A stretch of DNA of 64,000 nucleotides from Chiloscyllium plagiosum. Taxonomy: Eukaryota. Numbering within the stretch: position 1 is the first letter of the stretch; each line of letters begins with the position of its first letter. Made by a program: the position numbers and the translations under genes. The stretch spans positions 36,872,607 through 36,936,606 of the forward strand of contig NC_057732.1 of NCBI RefSeq assembly GCF_004010195.1. Reading direction: 5' to 3'. Below are positions 25,007 to 38,530 of this stretch, piece after piece. The notes beneath the pieces are model-generated. The model searched no databases. It had not been told where the DNA came from and saw only the letters and a list, made by a program, of their open reading frames with translations.

Positions 25007-26814
25007 CTATCAGACAGCAAGGAAATAAATGGCAAATTGCTCTTACTTTGGGTTTATTTTCATGCTCAATGAAATGAAGGCAATTTTTTTTTAAAAATCA
25101 CATTGAAATAGCACCTTTAACTTAGTAAAATACCTCCATGTGCTTCACAGGAAAGATTATCAGACAAGGTAATTGTTATGAGACATTCAGATTACCGGAA
25201 ATCTGGTCAAAGAGATGGATTGGAAGGAGATTTTTGAAGGAGGAGAGGTAGAGGGTTAGGGAAGTTATTTCAGAATTTAAGACCAGGGCAGCTGAAAACA
25301 ACCAGCAATACTAAAGAAGTGAACAGTGGAGTTGAAGAATGAAATTATTTTCATGTCTTTGAACCCACTGAAAGCTTTCCTTTTCTGTCCACAAATGCTG
25401 AATGACCAAAGCACTGCCAGAAATATCCTTTTCTGAAGTCTGCCTGATGGCGACAGAAAAATAGTTGTCAAGTATTGGACTGAAACTGCTCCAAATTCAA
25501 ACACACAACATTCTTATTCACTTCTTTGAAAATCCTTCATTTGTTAAATAATAACTTGTTTTCAGCAAATGTTCAGTAATGGTATCCCAAATTGAAGATA
25601 AATGGTCAATCTATATAAAACTTCAGTATGACCACAATTGGAGTCTATTATGCTCTACACATTAGAGGGGAAATTGAAGCAATAAATGGAAGAGATCACA
25701 GATTCAAGGATATGCTGTCTGGTGTGAGGAAATGCAAATATGGATAATGCCTTCAAAGAACTGGGGCTCGTCCTTTTGAATCAAGTTGTGTATGGTGTGA
25801 TTGATGGATATGTTTAGTGTTATTAAGGAATGTGATACAGGTAGATAGAAACAGACTGTTTCCAGTGATTGAAGATATCTTGAATGAGGATACATAGATT
25901 TAAGATTAAATGTAGGAGATTTACCACAGTGAGCAGGTGGATTCTTTTTATACAGAACATTAGTTATTGAAGCAGAGACCATATCAATATTTAAGAACAG
26001 ATTAATTCTGCTGGTTGAAGAAGGATGAGATAAAATTATATGAGAACATAGGGTTTTCATGTGGAGGATATACACAAATGACGACTGGATCATGAATTCC
26101 AGGCTAAAACAAAGAATTGCGGATAGTGGAGATCTGAAGCCAAATAGAAATCGATGGCGAAACTCAGCAAGTCTGGCAGCACCTGTGGGGAAAAACCAGA
26201 GTTAATATTTTGAGTCTGGTAACTGTTATTCATCAAGTTCTAATGCTGTCAGACCTGCTGAGTTACGCCTGCAATTTCTGTTTTTATATCATGGATTCTA
26301 AGATTTTGTTCAGGACTAACATTCGAGCCATCTAGTTTACCCTCTCTTTTCTTGAAAAAATGTGACCAGAACTCTGACTTCTTTTCGCATTTACAACCAC
26401 CAGGTTCCATCAACTTAGCCACCAGAAATTCTTTACATTTCTTCAGAACTAATTCAAGCTACACATGTTAAGATAGAACAGATAGAAACTTGGCATTAAA
26501 TGTTTGCTCATGACCAGATTATAAACCCTAAAAGTTAATTAACTGTTACTTTCAGAACCCATAGAAATAAAACATAGTGTGAACCACATTGTCACACAGA
26601 TGGTAGTGGTTCAGAAAGGAGACTCACATTCTGAGAACAAATAGGAATGAGGAATAAATGCTGGTCTTGCCATATCTAAGAGGAAGGAAAGAATGGGGTG
26701 TTAAATAATATCAGTGAATCCGTTGCCGTCAGTTATAAGGAGAAAGTGAATCTGTTTCCATTTTTGATAACACACTATAAGTAACCAATCAATTTACTCA
26801 ATTAGATTCAAGTC

Positions 26815-27030
26815 AGGGGATGTGTTAGCACAGTTGGCTGGTTGGTTTGTGATGCAGAGGAATGTCAACAGCATGGGTTCAATTCCCTCACTAGCTGTGG
26901 TTACTATGAAGGACTCTCCTTTTCAACCCCTCCCTTTGCCTAAGGCTTGCTGACCCTCAGGTTAAACCACCACCAGTTGTCTCTCGCTAATGAGAGAGTA
27001 GCTCTATGCTCTGGCAAGACCATACCTTTT
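26815..27030 (+). mobile_element. Short tRNA-like SINE (other copies at ~38845-39060, ~39630-39735 and ~55940-56150, minus strand)
   Basis: TTAGCACAGTTGG...GGGTTCAATTCC head and a shared core (ctcaggttaaaccaccaccag...ctaatgagagag) repeated in the window. Confidence 0.65.
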
Positions 27031-27099
27031 ACTTTAGACTATATTATTAAAGAGAAAATAAGGTCTTTCATTTATTTACTTATTTCACAACTCAGGATC

Positions 27100-27480
27100 T
27101 TCTAAAGTATAGCCAATGAACTACTTTTATTTTTATTGCCATTGTAAGAAATGCAGCAACCAATTTTCTCACTGCCAGCTCCTACAAACATCATTAAGAT
27201 AATAACCAGATCACATTTTTAGAGTTATATTTGTTGGAGGACAAACAGTGGCCAGGATACCAAAGAGAACTCTCCTGTTTCTCTACAAACATCCACCTAA
27301 GACGTTTCAGTTTAATGTCCCATCTGAAAGGTGTCACCTCTGACAGTGCACCACTCTCCCTCAACACGGCACTGGAATATCAGCCCAGATATTGTGGTCA
27401 AATCTCTGGAGTGAGACTTGAACAGCTACCCAGCAACTTGGAAGCAAGTATAGTACCAACTGATCAATATCTGACATGAA
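27100..27480 (-). mobile_element. Old tRNA-derived SINE, DeuSINE/SacSINE1-like (related copies near 8400, 14830, 19050, 23100, 34570, 48680, 54540)
   Basis: Recurrent core 'catccacct...gtttaa...catctgaaag...gacagtgca...ctccctca...gcactggaa...tcagcc.agat...gagtg.gacttgaac'. The family name is an inference. Confidence 0.55.
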
Positions 27481-27799
27481 GAGTAGGGATTCATTTATAA
27501 ACTCGCAAATCTGTTCCACAAATCAGCTGCATGGTAGTTGACCTGCAGCTACCAGACTTTGCTTCATCTCCCTCAACGTCCTCACACAAAAATCTGTCCA
27601 TCTCAGCATGTGAACCAATTAAGCATTGTCACCAACCCTGCCACCACCACTACCCCATCTCCTCCATCTACAGCCATTTAGTTGTGCAATGGGATCAGTT
27701 TCTAACGCAAGATTCCACTCTATCTGCACATTTCAAAATCTAATTGACCTGCTGTCTGTCCTCAGCGACCTTTATAGAGGGATTGGTCTCCAGACAGAC

Positions 27800-27937
27800 C
27801 TGTTCTCCCGAGCCCTGCATGACAATGCACAGCCACTTTCCCTTCCTGTATGGCAAACGATGTCACCTTCACTGCGTCCAACACACGAACCAGCGATGAG
27901 ACTCCAAAATCCGTCATTCCAAAGTTAAAGAAGTATA
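27800..27937 (-). CDS. PTPDC1: PTPDC1-like catalytic exon (IYFFNFGMTDFGVSSLVRVLDAVKVTSFAIQEGKVAVHCHAGLGRTG)
   Basis: C(X)5R PTP signature HCHAGLGR; boundaries catttgcag / CAG|gtctgt; 138 nt. Confidence 0.95.
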
Positions 27938-29689
27938 CTGCAAATGAGAAAAGATGGATGGGAATTATGGAAGACTGCAAAACAAAATTTCCCTCTCCCT
28001 TCTCTGATATCAAGCTGTGAGAATACCTGCCTCAATATAATCGTTTGAGTATCCTTGTACCTGTCAGTTAACCATGGCCTGTGAGTCTGCAACACAGTAA
28101 TTAACCACAGCAAGACACACAAATCAGCTGCTATCTCTCATTCTCCATCAAAAACAGAATCATACTCTGCTGCTCACACTCATTCTGCATCAATTTAGCA
28201 TATACACAAATTTACTGACTCACAAACACATGTTTAGTCTCACACACATGCCTACGTGTCCTCAACAGACATCAGCAAAATTTGGATTATAAGAGTGCTT
28301 ACTTCATTGCTACTTGTGGGATCTTAATGTTTACCATCTTTAGAGACAAGGTCAAATTCATTAACACTCTGAAATGTCTCTGACAAATTTGATAAAATTC
28401 CACCTGTCTGTCTTTTCCTCATTTTTTTGTTACACTCTTTCTCATTTTCCCTTTTTTCCCTCTTTTTCACTCTATTTACTATTTAAAGGCTAAACTATGC
28501 AGTCCATAATTGGACAGGCTGTAGGGCCGATAGGGTCCAGGAGCACATCCGGAATCATTTAATCTGGGAGGATTTGAGTCTGTTAAACCACTGAATTAAT
28601 ACAATATTCTGCATGCTCATTAAAAAATTAATAAATATAATAATAATTTATAAGTCCTTCATTCTTGGTAATCAACCAACCCCAACCTGAGTCCCTGTCT
28701 CCCAGACACTGGGAATGTGATAGCTAGCTTTGTGTATTCAATTCCTCAGACACGGACACTAACTGCTGAGCCTGTAAATAGAAATGGTGATCTTTAATTA
28801 CAGGAAGAGAGATTACACACTGTCAGTTCATAAATGAAGCCCATGGAGTCTTTCCACTGTCCGATTGTGAGGAGAGAGAGGAGACATTCAGCCCAGATGA
28901 ATCATGCTTTTTTCTGACTTCATCAAAACAAATTACTACTGGAAAATAAACACTTCACATTTCCAGGTGTCCAGTGACCCATCAAACACTCCACGGACTG
29001 ATACAGGATGTGCTGATTCAGAACAAAATCCGCGTTTACACTGTTCGACTGAACGCACCCAGGGCATACTGTCTTGGAAATTCAATGATGTTGTGTCGTT
29101 TTACAAAGACACTAATCACAGGCAACATGCCTGCACTCTGCCAGTGCCATATTGTTATACTGGCAGTAAGCACTTGTCAATTCTGAACAAGACTGTTCAA
29201 AGCCGTTATTACCATATCCGGTTGTCCTCAATTAAAACAGTGGGCCTGCTAAGTTCAGAAAACATAGCTAACACACAACATAACAGGACAGGCTTTACTA
29301 GAAACCTCACCAAGTGCAGCATTGTTCAATTTCAAGTGGGCTTTTCCCTGTGCCCTTCTGCTCATTCTCATGCCTACACCATTGAATCTTGCTCTTACCC
29401 TTATCTACCAGTGGACTAGCAATAACGAGTTTCCATTAAACTTAAACACAGACTTAAGATTCTGTAAGTAAGATTCTCAGTTTAATTCTAATTGTGTTTA
29501 CACAATGCCTTTCACATCCTCAGGATGTCTGAAAATGACAATCAATGAATTACCATTAAGCAATAATCATTGTTGTAATATAGAGAAACACTGTAGCCAA
29601 TTTGTGTATAACAGTGAGATAGATGGCTAGTTAGATTGTTTCAGTGATATTGGCTGACAATGAATGTTGGCCAGGATGATGGGACTTAC

Positions 29690-29808
29690 TATTATGCTCC
29701 ATGAAGGTCTCTGGTAAATACGAAAATCCACTCTTTAATTCCAAGGGGTCCCCACAATGATCATGCTCACCAGGTATTTGTAGGTTTATCACAGACTTAA
29801 TGTTTAAC
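29690..29808 (-). CDS. PTPDC1: PTPDC1-like exon (LNIKSVINLQIPGEHDHCGDPLELKSGFSYLPETFMEHN)
   Basis: Boundaries ttcccacag / gtaagt, 119 nt; matches IINLQRPGEHASCG...GFTYLPEAFME. Confidence 0.93.
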
Positions 29809-30199
29809 CTGTGGGAAGAAGGGATGCATCTTCAGTTCTTATCATCATGACTGCGATGTATTCTTATCATCAATTAGGTCTTCATTTGTCTCTCTAATCC
29901 CCTTCTACTTTCTGATCCTTTGAGCAGCTCATCTTGTTCCACTCCATTCACCGTTTATTTAAAATCTTTGTTCTCTACCAACTACCTGCCAATTTTCTCA
30001 ATTGGAAACCTTTTCTTTTCCCCTCAGCCGCTGCACCGAGTTCTCATTGTCAGTGTGTCAACCATCATTTCAAATCGCCATGCTTTCTCTCTGCTCAGAG
30101 TTCCTGCAACACCTGCCAATGCTTCTTTAATGTTATTGGGCGCACTCCCAATGTTCCATCCTTTTTGATGTAGGTACAGCATCATCTGATTGGCTTCTC

Positions 30200-30340
30200 A
30201 CTCTGGAGCTCCCCAATGTGTATTCTCGGCCCATCCTATTTCTCAGCCTTATGCTGTACCTCATTGATGTCATCTAAAACCATAGCATGAGTTTCCACAT
30301 TCAGGCTGATGACACCCAGCTCTACCTCAGATTGAACTCT
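30200..30340 (+). mobile_element. L2-like LINE RT fragment
   Basis: Decayed GxPQxSILGPxLF ... FHxxADDTQLY motif. Confidence 0.6.
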
Positions 30341-31606
30341 CGATAGCCTATTGTTCCAAAATTGTCAGATTTCTTGTTCAATATCCAGTATTGGAGAAAC
30401 AGAAACTTCCTTCAACCAAATACAGGAAAGTCTGGGGGAAACATCCTCAAATCCCGCACAAAAACTGCTCCGTAACCAACGCCCCCATTCTTCTTCCGAA
30501 CAACTGTTTGTGACTGAACCAGACAATTCACAATACACTGGTGTCAAATTTGTCACAATGAGACAAACATACAGATTGTTGATCTTCGAATTCCATGATC
30601 TTATTTAACACTTCGGACATTTTAAAAAGGAACCAAAACACTGATTTTATATATCATGGACATTTAAAGGACTCTAAATTATTTGGTCTTTCACATGTTC
30701 CTTTGTACTGGAGAGAGACTCAGGCTGTCTGAAGGTGATATATATGCTTGACATAGGGACTTCATTATTTTGCTCAGCGCTAGAAGATAATAAATTTATT
30801 GCTTCTTTAATTTAAGAAAACCTTGTAATTGGCTCCTCATCAATTACAATAAAAACAGTATTACCTTTCAATGGAAGAAAACTCTAGTTGTGTCATAAAA
30901 AGAACTTAAATCTTTGTTGCGACGGACCAAGAAGGTTGGATAAAAAGCTGAGCTAGTCCACTCCTCTTATCTGGTCATAACAAATTTGACTCTGAAATAA
31001 ATGGTCAGCAACATATCCATGGATCATCACTAAGTTTGCCCATTCCATGTCCATACCATTGCTGGAATCTGCCCCATGCCTGCACATATACTGCTGAAGC
31101 CTTTATTCATACCTTTGTTATTCTTGAAATTTGATCATTCCCATCTATCCCTGAGCAGTCTCACACATTGAACCAACCAAACTTTAAGTCATTCAGAACT
31201 CTGCTGCACTTGCCCTTATTCACACTGTGTCCTGTTCCTCATCACATCTCTCCTCACTGGCTTCATTTGCTCCTGATTAAGCAGCAAATTATTTAAAATT
31301 CTTCATCCTTGATTTCAAATTCCTCATTTTCTCACTCCTCCCTATTTCAAACTGACTCCAGTCCTACAATCCTTTGTGATATCTGCTCTCATCAAACTCT
31401 GGTTCCTTTAGCTGAGGAGTTGAGGCAAACAACTGGTTCGCTACTGATACCAGAGAGTTACCAACAATTTACACAGTGCTTTCCATGAACAAATTTACTC
31501 TGATGCTTTCTCTAAAGACTGTATTTCTAATGAGGCCACTGTCAACAAGGAGCTGTATTAGGCAGGATCAGCCAGATACCATGATTGTTCCTACTTTATT
31601 TCCTAC

Positions 31607-31687
31607 CCTTTGAACTGTTCGATGATATTGAACTTCTTAATAAGTTGTGTGGATGGCCTTGCCATCGCCAAGATGTCATCAGTGACC
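31607..31687 (-). CDS. PTPDC1: PTPDC1-like exon (VTDDILAMARPSTQLIKKFNIIEQFK)
   Basis: Boundaries cttttccag / gtagga, 81 nt; matches VTDNILAMARPS. Confidence 0.93.
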
Positions 31688-32666
31688 CTGGAAAAGAAGA
31701 CAGTAGAGACAAGGAAAGACATGTCAATCCCATCTTTCTTTTATTATCATCCATTATTATTATTTACAAGTTTTCAAAGTCAAGGCTGGCATTTATCATT
31801 TGCCACTAGTTTTCCCTTGAGAAAGTGTTGGTTAACGAGTTCATACATTACAGTAATGAATGCACTACAAAATGCTTCAGTGGCTGTAATATGCTTTCAG
31901 ACATTTTGTTATTACAAAAGCACTGTGCAAATGTAAGTCTTTCCTTCTTTATCTTGAGCCTCTGTGGTTCATTTCGTGTTTGAACACCCAAAGTTCTGAT
32001 AGGTAGGGACGTCCAGGCTTTTGACTCAGCAGTGAGGGAAAAGGGTTATATTTCCCAGTCGGGGTGGTTTCAGTCATCCTGTGGAGAGGTTTCTACAGGG
32101 TGCAAGGGATGGCAAGGCAGCTGTGGCCAACAAGTCAGTTTAAAAGCATTATCTTGCAGCAGCATCACCTACCTCCACTATTAGGACTGCCATTGTCTGA
32201 AGGTTGCAAATCCTTCTATCTTTACCTAGATGATAGATCCAGTGGCAACCTTCTATTAGTGATCTCTGAGGTGGATGCCCTCACAGCATGTGTGGGATCA
32301 AGACCAGCAAATGGACTTGATGCATAGTTAATTTTAAAGTATGTAAAATTCTAACCTCAAAGAGGACAGGAATAGCTCTGTTCTGTGCTGTATCTTTCTA
32401 TGATTTTATGAATATATTGGTGTGGGATTGTAATTCTAACCCTTCCTTCTGTCTTTACTTTTGATGACTCCTTCCAGTGTCTATAATGTTTTTTTTTTGC
32501 TACATACAAAGTATTCTCCCTCAAACTAATTTGTGCAGTATTTCTCTGGGAAATGTAACCAAACATGGTTTCTTTTATCTGACTTTACTTTTTACTCCCA
32601 GCTACCATGATACTTGACTTGGGACCCCTGTAGATGTGTGCACATTCATGTGGATATGTGACCTAC

Positions 32667-32845
32667 CATGCTGAGAACACACCCCTGATTGCTTGTTGCT
32701 GCAGGCTCCATTCATCAGGTCCCTCATAGCGACATTCCTTTCCTCCACACACTAACGAGCAGATGAGATGTGGGGGTACTGCCTTGATGAGATGCTCTCG
32801 AGTCTGGGAATAGGAGGGCCGTGGGTTTGGGATTTGCAGGGTCAT
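32667..32845 (-). CDS. PTPDC1: PTPDC1-like first recognisable coding exon (MTLQIPNPRPSYSQTREHLIKAVPPHLICSLVCGGKECRYEGP...AIRGVFSAW)
   Basis: ATG in GGCATGA context at 32843-32845; donor TG|gtaggt. The acceptor at 32877 leaves the frame open upstream, so an N-terminal extension from an unseen exon is possible. Confidence 0.88.
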
Positions 32846-33505
32846 GCCAGGGTGAGGAAGCAAGGGCTGGAACAGTTCTGAAACAGAATGAGCAAGTTAA
32901 CGAGAAGACTTCAAACCAAAGACAGACACGTACACAGCAAAAGCAATATGCAGAGTCTTTAACATTGTTAGATACCAAAACACAAAACAACATATTTAGG
33001 ATATCCTCTTAGACAATGGAAAAGATGGGAAGAGGAGGGGAGAGAATTAAGGGATGAGGGATTGGGGAGAAGGTGACTGAGGGAGGGAGGGAGTAGGTGA
33101 GAGGGGAATAGAAGGAAAGCATAAAAAAGGAACAAAAGTTAAGGTTCACAAGAAGTGTTAACTTCACTATACAAGATGAAAATGCAAATTAAATTGGAAC
33201 AGAAACAAACTATTCAGCCTCTCAAGCCTCCTCCACCATTTAGTAGGGTCATGGCTGATCTGTTTGTGTTTTGAATTCCACATTCTTATCTACTCCCAAT
33301 AACGCTTGATTCCCCTAACAATATTCTATTCATCTCTGTCTTAAAAATATTCAATAATCCTGTCTCCATGATCTTCTGAGACACAGAATTCCAAAGTTGC
33401 ACAACCTCTGGGGCAAACAGTTTCTACTCATCTCTGTCCTGAAAGGGTGATCCCTAATTTTAAGATCGTGCTCCCTATTTCTGGACTCTGTCATAAGCAG
33501 AAACA

Positions 33506-33698
33506 GATGGAAGTGGGTACTGCAGATGCTGGAGATTAGAGTCAAGATTAGAGTGGCACTGGAAACGCACAGTAAGTCAGGTAGCAACCGAGGAGCAGGA
33601 AATTCCTGATGAAGGACTTTTACCCAAAACGTTGATTTATATGCTCCTTGGATGCTGCCCGACCTGCTGTGCTTTTCTAGCATTACTCTAATCTTGAC
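33506..33698. mobile_element. Self-inverted Penelope-derived short element with decayed hammerhead, inserted in a CR1 tail
   Basis: Imperfect 14-bp TSD CATAAGCAGAAACA (33492-33505) / CATAAATAGAAACA (33699-33712); CTGATGA core at 33606. Confidence 0.7.
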
Positions 33699-36127
33699 CA
33701 TAAATAGAAACATCTTTTCCATGTCCTTTTAGCTGAGACCATTCAAGAATCTTATAAACTTCAATCAAGTCACCTCACTTTCTTTTAAACTCCAGTGGCA
33801 ATAAGTCCAGCGAATCCAAAAGGTGTGGAACACCATACAAGTAGTGGAACACCATACAAGGTAGAAGCAGAAGTAGGCCATTCAGCCCATCAAGCCTGTT
33901 CTGCTAATAAATGAGATCATAGTTGATCTAATAATCTCTAATTCCACTTTCTTATCAAGTCCATATAACCCTTGATTCCCATACTGATTAAAAATCTTGA
34001 ATATACTTAACAAAGCAGCCTTGGCAGCCCTCTGCAGTAAAGAGTTTCGCAGCTTCACTACCCTCTGAGAGAAGAAATTTCTCCTTCATCTTAAAACACA
34101 TGGTTCTTTATTCTGAGACCATGTCCTCTGGTCCTAGACTGTCCCACAAGGGGAAACAACTTTCTGCATCTACTCCGTCAATTCCCCATAGGATCTTATT
34201 TCAGGAAAATTGCTTTTCATTCTTCTAAATTCCAATTACAAACAGGGCCAACTTACTCCTCATGAGAACATCTCTCCATGCCTGGTATTATCCTAGTAAA
34301 CCATCTCCAGACTACCTCCAAAACCTGTGTATCATTCCCTGGATAAGGGAACCATAACTGTTCACACTAGTCCCATTGTAGTCTGACTAATGCATTGTGT
34401 AGTTTCAGTAAACCCTTCTGATATTTAGACTCCATTCCCTTTGAAATAAAGGTCATTTGTCTACTCTATTACCTGTTGAACTTGGATGCTGGCATTTTGT
34501 GATTAACAAACAACAATTCACAAATCCTTCTGTTCCATAGTTTTCTGCAGTCTTTTTCCATTTAAATAATAATGTAGGCAACATAGCCAATTTAAGCAGA
34601 TAATCTGTTTTAGTGATATTTGTTGGATAAATATTGGCCAAAATACTAACAGAATTCCTCTACGCTTCAAAATAGTGCCATGAAATTTTATATGAGTTCA
34701 CCTGAGATGGCATTCTAGGAATACAGCTGTCCCTCAGCTGAACAGCTCATCCAAAAGATAGCATTTCTAACAATTATGTAACAAAAAAAAATCACTCTCA
34801 TAAATCTACTATTGGCTGTTGGACTAGTCCTGGAATAGCTTGGAACGTGAATAATTCTGGTACTGCATGGTGTGAGGAGCTCCAATAGATATGTACCTGC
34901 TTTTCAAACTAAAATAATGCAGACTGATCTGACTGTTTGGAGATCTAGCATTGAGAACCATGGAGCAAACATAGCCCAAATTTGATCAAAAAAAAAGCAC
35001 TGAAGGTGCTAGAAATCTGAAACAAAAACACAAAGGTGAAGAAACTGAGCAGGTCCGGCAGCATCTGTGGAGAGAGAAACAGAGTCAATGTTTTGGGTCG
35101 AGTGACCGTTCTTCAAAAAGGTTCTACACAATCCAATATCCAAGCAGCTCCTTTGGGAAGGTGCTCAGATGAGTCTTCATTCACCATCATCCATGGATGG
35201 ACACAAAGGTCATTGTCCTCCTGATACTATGGCTGTGAAACCCAAGTGATTTATTTCTAAGATATACCATCTTACTGGAAGATCCTACTCATTATATGGA
35301 TGGATGGCTGCACAAACATGAGCACCTTCCAGGAAGCAGATGCCCTGAGCACAAAGGTGACAATGCTCATATGGCAACCAGGCAGGACAGGGCATGACAT
35401 TAATTGCCGAATGCTCATCTACTGAAGAGGGCTCTCTACTCCCAATACATGTATTGTCAAAAATGACAGGGTGGCTAAGCGGAAACATTTTAAACATGGG
35501 GGTCAGTGCTCTACCCCCATAGTAACTTGAATGGTGGTAGAAATTTATTTCATAAGTAAACACATATGAAGCACTTTTTTTAAACATTGTATATTCCTAA
35601 TAATATTAGCACATGGGCCTAAACAATGTCATCACCCACTATCTCTGGAGATAGTCACTAAATTTCATTGGATAACACTGATTTATACAGTGAGAGACAA
35701 AGCTTTTCCATGGCTCTGGTGAGGCACAGCACCTTGGAGAGATTCCAATCACTGTTAATATCCATGATGCATTCTGTATCTCTAAACACAATGTGCTGTA
35801 TAATCATTTGACAACACCAGCTGTGTCTTAAATTATAGATAAAGTTTGATGTCTATACAAGAACAACAGAAAACAATTGCTACCATGTTAATTAATTTCT
35901 TTAGAAAAACGCAGAGTAAACATCTGGTCTGTGACAGGATTGAGAATAATAAACATCATCAAATGCTCCATGTTTTGGAACTGCAGGGGCTTTGGAGATA
36001 AAGAGTATTGTAAGGGAATAGGGCCCAAGGATGAGAAAGTAGCATGGAAGGACAGTGAGAGATACATCACTTCAGCCTGATTCACCTTGAATCTATTTTC
36101 AGAACACCCCTTCAGGAAAATTGTTCT

Positions 36128-36915
36128 TCGAGTCATAGAGTCATAAAGATGTACAGCATGGAAACAAACCCTTCGGTCCAACTCATCCATACCGACCAGA
36201 TATCCCAATCTAATCTAGTCCCATTTGCCAGCACTTGGCCCATATCCCTCCAAACCCTTCTTATTCATATACCCATCTGGATGGCTTTTAAATGTTGCAA
36301 TTGTACCAGCCTCCACCACTTCCTCTGGTAGCTCATTCCATACACGCACCACCCTCTATGTAAAAAAGTTGCCCCTTAGCTCCCTTTTAAATCTTGCCCC
36401 TCTCACCCTAAACCTATGCCCTCCAGTTCTGGACTCCTCCACCCCAGGGAAAAGACTTTATCTATTTATCCTATCCATGCCCTTCATGGTTTTATAAGCC
36501 TCTATGAGGTCATCCCTCAACCTCCAACGCTCCAGGGAAAACAGCCCCAGCCTATTCAGCCTCTCCCTATAGCTCAATTACTCCAAACCTGACAACATCC
36601 TTGTAAATCTTTTCTGAACCCTTTTAAGTTTCACAACATCCTTCCAATAGGATGGAGACTAGAACTGCAGGCAATATTCCAAAAGTCGTCTAACCAATGT
36701 CCTGCACAGCTGCAACATGACCTCCCAACTCCTGTACTCAATACTCTGACCAGTAAAGCATACCAAATGTCTTCTTTGCTATCCTACCTACTTGTGACTC
36801 TACCTTCAAGGCGCTATGAACCTGCACTCCAAGGTCTCTTTGTTCAGCACATTCCCTCAGTCCTTACCATTAAATGTATAAGTCCTGCTTTCTCAAAATG
36901 CAGCACCTCGCATTT
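36128..36915 (-). mobile_element. CR1/HER1 LINE 3' part
   Basis: Reverse complement of the 21400-22118 family sequence. Confidence 0.9.
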
Positions 36916-37220
36916 GATGATGATTAGATTGCCTACAGTGTGGAAACAGGCCCTTCGGCCCAACAAGTCCACACCGACCCTCCGAAGAGTAACCCACCCA
37001 GTCCCATTTCCCTCTGACTAATGCACCTAACACTACGGGCAATTGAGCATGGCCAATTCACCTGATCTGTACATCTTTGGACTGTGGGAGGAAACCGGAG
37101 TACCCAGAGGAAACCCATGTAGACACGGGGAGAAAGTGCAAACTCCACACATCCAGTCGCCCAAGGGCCAGAATCGAACCTGCAGCCCTGGTGCTGTGAG
37201 GCAGCAGTGCTAACCACTAA
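36916..37220 (-). mobile_element. HE1-like V-SINE
   Basis: tRNA-like head, central conserved domain (GTGTGGAGTTTGCAC..TCTCCCCGTGTCT), CR1-like 3' tail. Confidence 0.85.
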
Positions 37221-37239
37221 ATCACCGACATTTTTACTA

Positions 37240-38530
37240 TTGAGAATCCAGGGAAGGTTCACCAGACTGATTCCTGGGATGACAGGACTGACATTTGAGG
37301 AAAGACTGGATTGACTGAGCTTGTACTCACTTGAATTTAGAAGAAGTTGGAGGGAGGTGCGAACTCATAGAAACATATAAAATCCTGATGGGACTGGACA
37401 GGTTGAATGTGGGAAGAATGTTCCCGATGTCGGGGAAGTCCAGAACTAGTGGTCATAGTCTAAGGATAAGAGGTAAGCCATCCAGGACTGAGTTAAGGAA
37501 CAATTTCTTCATTCAGAGAACTGTGAACCTGTGGAATTCTTTCCCAGAGGAGCTGTTGGGGCCAGTTCATTAGATATATTCAAGAGGGAGCTGGACATGG
37601 CCCTTGCGGCTAAAGGCTTCAAGTGGTATGGGGAGAAAGTGGGAATGGGATACTGAGATTGCACAATCAGCCATGATCATATTGAATGGTCGTGCAGGCT
37701 CGTAGGGCCAAATGGCCTACTCCTGCACATATCTTCTATGTTTCTATACTAATTGTACTATAGAGAAGACTATGCTGCCAATGTAGTTGTAAATAAGGCA
37801 GTAGCACTGAATTCACATTGAACAAAAATAGATAAACGGGAGATAGCTAAATCATTGGCAAGACTGAAACTGGAAAAGTAATCTGGTCTGAGGTTGCTGA
37901 GGAAAGAAACTCCAGAGGCAGTACCTACAATATTTCAATCCTCTTTCGATTTGGAATGGGTGCCAAGGAAAGGGAGGATTGCAAATGCTGCATTTCTGTT
38001 TAAAAACGGTTTGGCAAATACAGCCAGCTACTACAGGCAGGTCAATCTAATATCGGGGAGTGGGGAAACTTGTATAGAGACAATAATCCAGTGAAAAGTT
38101 AATTCTCAATTGGGTGAATATAGGTTAATAAATTAAAATCGGCACAGATTTGCTGAAAGGAAAATGTGACTGAATCACTTAATTGAGCTATTTAATGAAA
38201 TAGCAAAGAGGGTTGATTATTGCCTTGATGCTTCATACACAGATATTTAAAAGCCTATGACAAATGTATCACAAGATAGACTTGTTAACACCATTAAAGT
38301 CCTTGAGATTAAACAGGCAGAGGCAGTGTGCATACAAAATTGGCTAATAGATGGAAAGCAGAGTAATTCTGCCTAATTTCTTTCAGAGGGAAATATATGG
38401 TTGTATTTCCAGAGGCCAGCATAAGAATTGCTGTACTTTTTAATATGTATTGATGACTTGGACTTTGATGGATAAGGCATAATTTCTAAATTTGCAGATG
38501 GTACATAATTTGGAAATATGAGAAACTGTA
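37240..38530 (+). mobile_element. CR1 3' end (37240-37750) followed by an older CR1 ORF2 fragment
   Basis: LIETYKIL.GLDR and FFIQRTVNLWNS motifs, then decayed YRQVNL and FAD-like motifs. Confidence 0.8.

Larger units (their letters stand above)
2669..32845 (-). other. PTPDC1: PTPDC1-like gene, whole coding span: join of 32667-32845, 31607-31687, 29690-29808, 27800-27937, 24393-25006, 23568-23801, 20161-20304, 13805-13906, 12777-12857, 8559-8669, 2669-2824 (1959 nt, ~652 aa)
   Basis: All 11 exons have AG/GT boundaries with compatible phases and no internal stop. The product is colinear with PTPDC1: N-terminal CGGxxCxYE motif, phosphatase domain, C-terminal helical domain. It probably represents a paralogue rather than the mammalian orthologue. 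Confidence 0.85.

Noticed and set aside
35285-35587. 100-aa minus-strand ORF upstream of the first phosphatase coding exon
   Set aside because: No recognisable homology; its nearest donor is phase 2 while the acceptor at 32877 needs phase 1.
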